Virus record (IMG/VR): IMGVR_UViG_3300046705_000076
Coordinates: 1 to 34,082 of that record
Direction: 5' to 3' (one strand)
DNA: 34,082 nt
Source of the DNA: a virus
Taxonomy: Duplodnaviria > Caudoviricetes
Position numbers and translations under genes: made by a program. Positions within the stretch are counted from its first letter, which is position 1. The number at the start of each line of letters is the position of its first letter. Positions 33,438 through 34,082 of this stretch are shown piece after piece. A model generated the notes under the pieces. The model was not told where the DNA came from. It searched no databases and worked only from the letters and a program-made list of their open reading frames with translations.

Positions 33438-33730
33438 CGCCGTGACCACCCTTCGACGCGGGAGGCTTTGCGGAGGGCCGCGACCATCGCGTGGTCGACG
33501 CCTGTCGTGTCGATGGTGACGCGTGTGCTGTCAGGGTCGGCCTGTGCGTCGGCGGTGTAGTCGGAGAGCGGCACGATGAGGCCGGTGTCGTCCATGACCA
33601 GGGGTTGGAGTCCGGTTCCGTTGGGGTGGGGGGTGATGCCGACCATGGTGATCTTGGCGACGTGGTGGTGGTCGTCGCGGGTGATGGCGAGGGTGATGGG
33701 GGTGGGTGTGCAGGTGCCGCTGATGTCCAT
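33434..33730 (-). CDS. Hypothetical protein
   Basis: GGAGG RBS; coupled to the downstream gene. Confidence 0.65.
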   Translation of the reverse strand: MDISGTCTPTPITLAITRDDHHHVAKITMVGITPHPNGTGLQPLVMDDTGLIVPLSDYTADAQADPDSTRVTIDTTGVDHAMVAALRKASRVEGWSRR

Positions 33731-33771
33731 GGCGTCCTCCGGTGGTGTCTACCTGTGAGGATAGCTTTCCG

Positions 33772-34082
33772 TTATGTGCCTTCCTGTGCGAGTTGGTGTG
33801 CCCGTGCGAGGGCGGTGTCGCGGTCGGTTGCGATGTCGAGGACTTCCCCGCCTTCCTTGGGCCACAGGGTCCAGATGCCGGAGGTGGGCCATCGTGGGCT
33901 GGGTTGGACGGTGATGGTCCCGGCGGGGCCGGTGTACTCGTAGCGGTTGGCGTGTTCGAGGACGTCTTCGAGGTGGCCGACCACCCGCATGGCGACGTCT
34001 GCGAGCTTCCCTGCGTCGTCTTCCAGCGCGCGCACGTCTCCGGTGCGGGAGTGCCCTACCTCGGGGTCGAACAGGGCCTCCA
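33772..34082 (-). CDS. Hypothetical protein, possibly 5' truncated
   Basis: The frame stays open to the window edge upstream of the GTG at 34035. Confidence 0.55.
   Translation of the reverse strand, partial: EALFDPEVGHSRTGDVRALEDDAGKLADVAMRVVGHLEDVLEHANRYEYTGPAGTITVQPSPRWPTSGIWTLWPKEGGEVLDIATDRDTALARAHQLAQEGT

Larger units (their letters stand above)
1..34082 (-). mobile_element. Actinobacteriophage (siphovirus) or prophage: packaging, head, tail, glycan-modification and lysis modules
   Basis: Canonical order terS-terL-portal-scaffold-capsid-head/tail-tube-chaperones-tape measure-minor tails-lysis, with tightly coupled genes and high GC. No integrase or att site is visible, so free phage versus prophage cannot be decided. 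Confidence 0.97.

Noticed and set aside
1-34082. CRISPR array, tRNA genes, diversity-generating retroelement, integrase or att sites
   Set aside because: No spaced repeat array, cloverleaf, reverse transcriptase, template/variable repeat pair or recombinase was seen by eye. A tRNAscan/Infernal run would be needed to exclude small RNAs.

Overview
This window is the late (virion-structure and lysis) arm of a high-GC actinobacterial siphovirus or prophage. Lsr2 and DUF6221-type genes and the holin and tail-gene style point to a Streptomyces/Nocardiopsis-like host; no integrase or att site is visible. Most genes are on the minus strand. Read right to left: small hypotheticals, a displaced MuF-like head protein, terS, terL, portal, a counter-oriented XRE HTH gene, scaffold, major capsid, three extra putative head proteins, head-tail genes with an Lsr2-domain gene and an HNH-like gene, tail tube, frameshifting tail chaperones, tape measure (C-terminal CHAP-like domain), a tail protein apparently split by an inserted PhoD phosphodiesterase domain, a six-gene glycan-modification operon, an accessory island with divergent promoters, and the lysis cassette. 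The most notable system is the glycan operon (6347-11716), which is coupled to the tail genes. It encodes two GT-A glycosyltransferases, a minimal NDP-sugar dehydrogenase, three methyltransferase domains and a TagF-like transferase. One methyltransferase is WbdD-like and fused to a CTP-dependent riboflavin-kinase-fold domain. The major capsid and tail tube proteins both end in an acidic tail with a terminal Ser, resembling the C-terminal acceptor known from glycosylated mycobacteriophages. I infer a phage-encoded pathway that builds a capped, anionic glycan coat on the virion. All family calls are motif recognition by eye, with no database searches.
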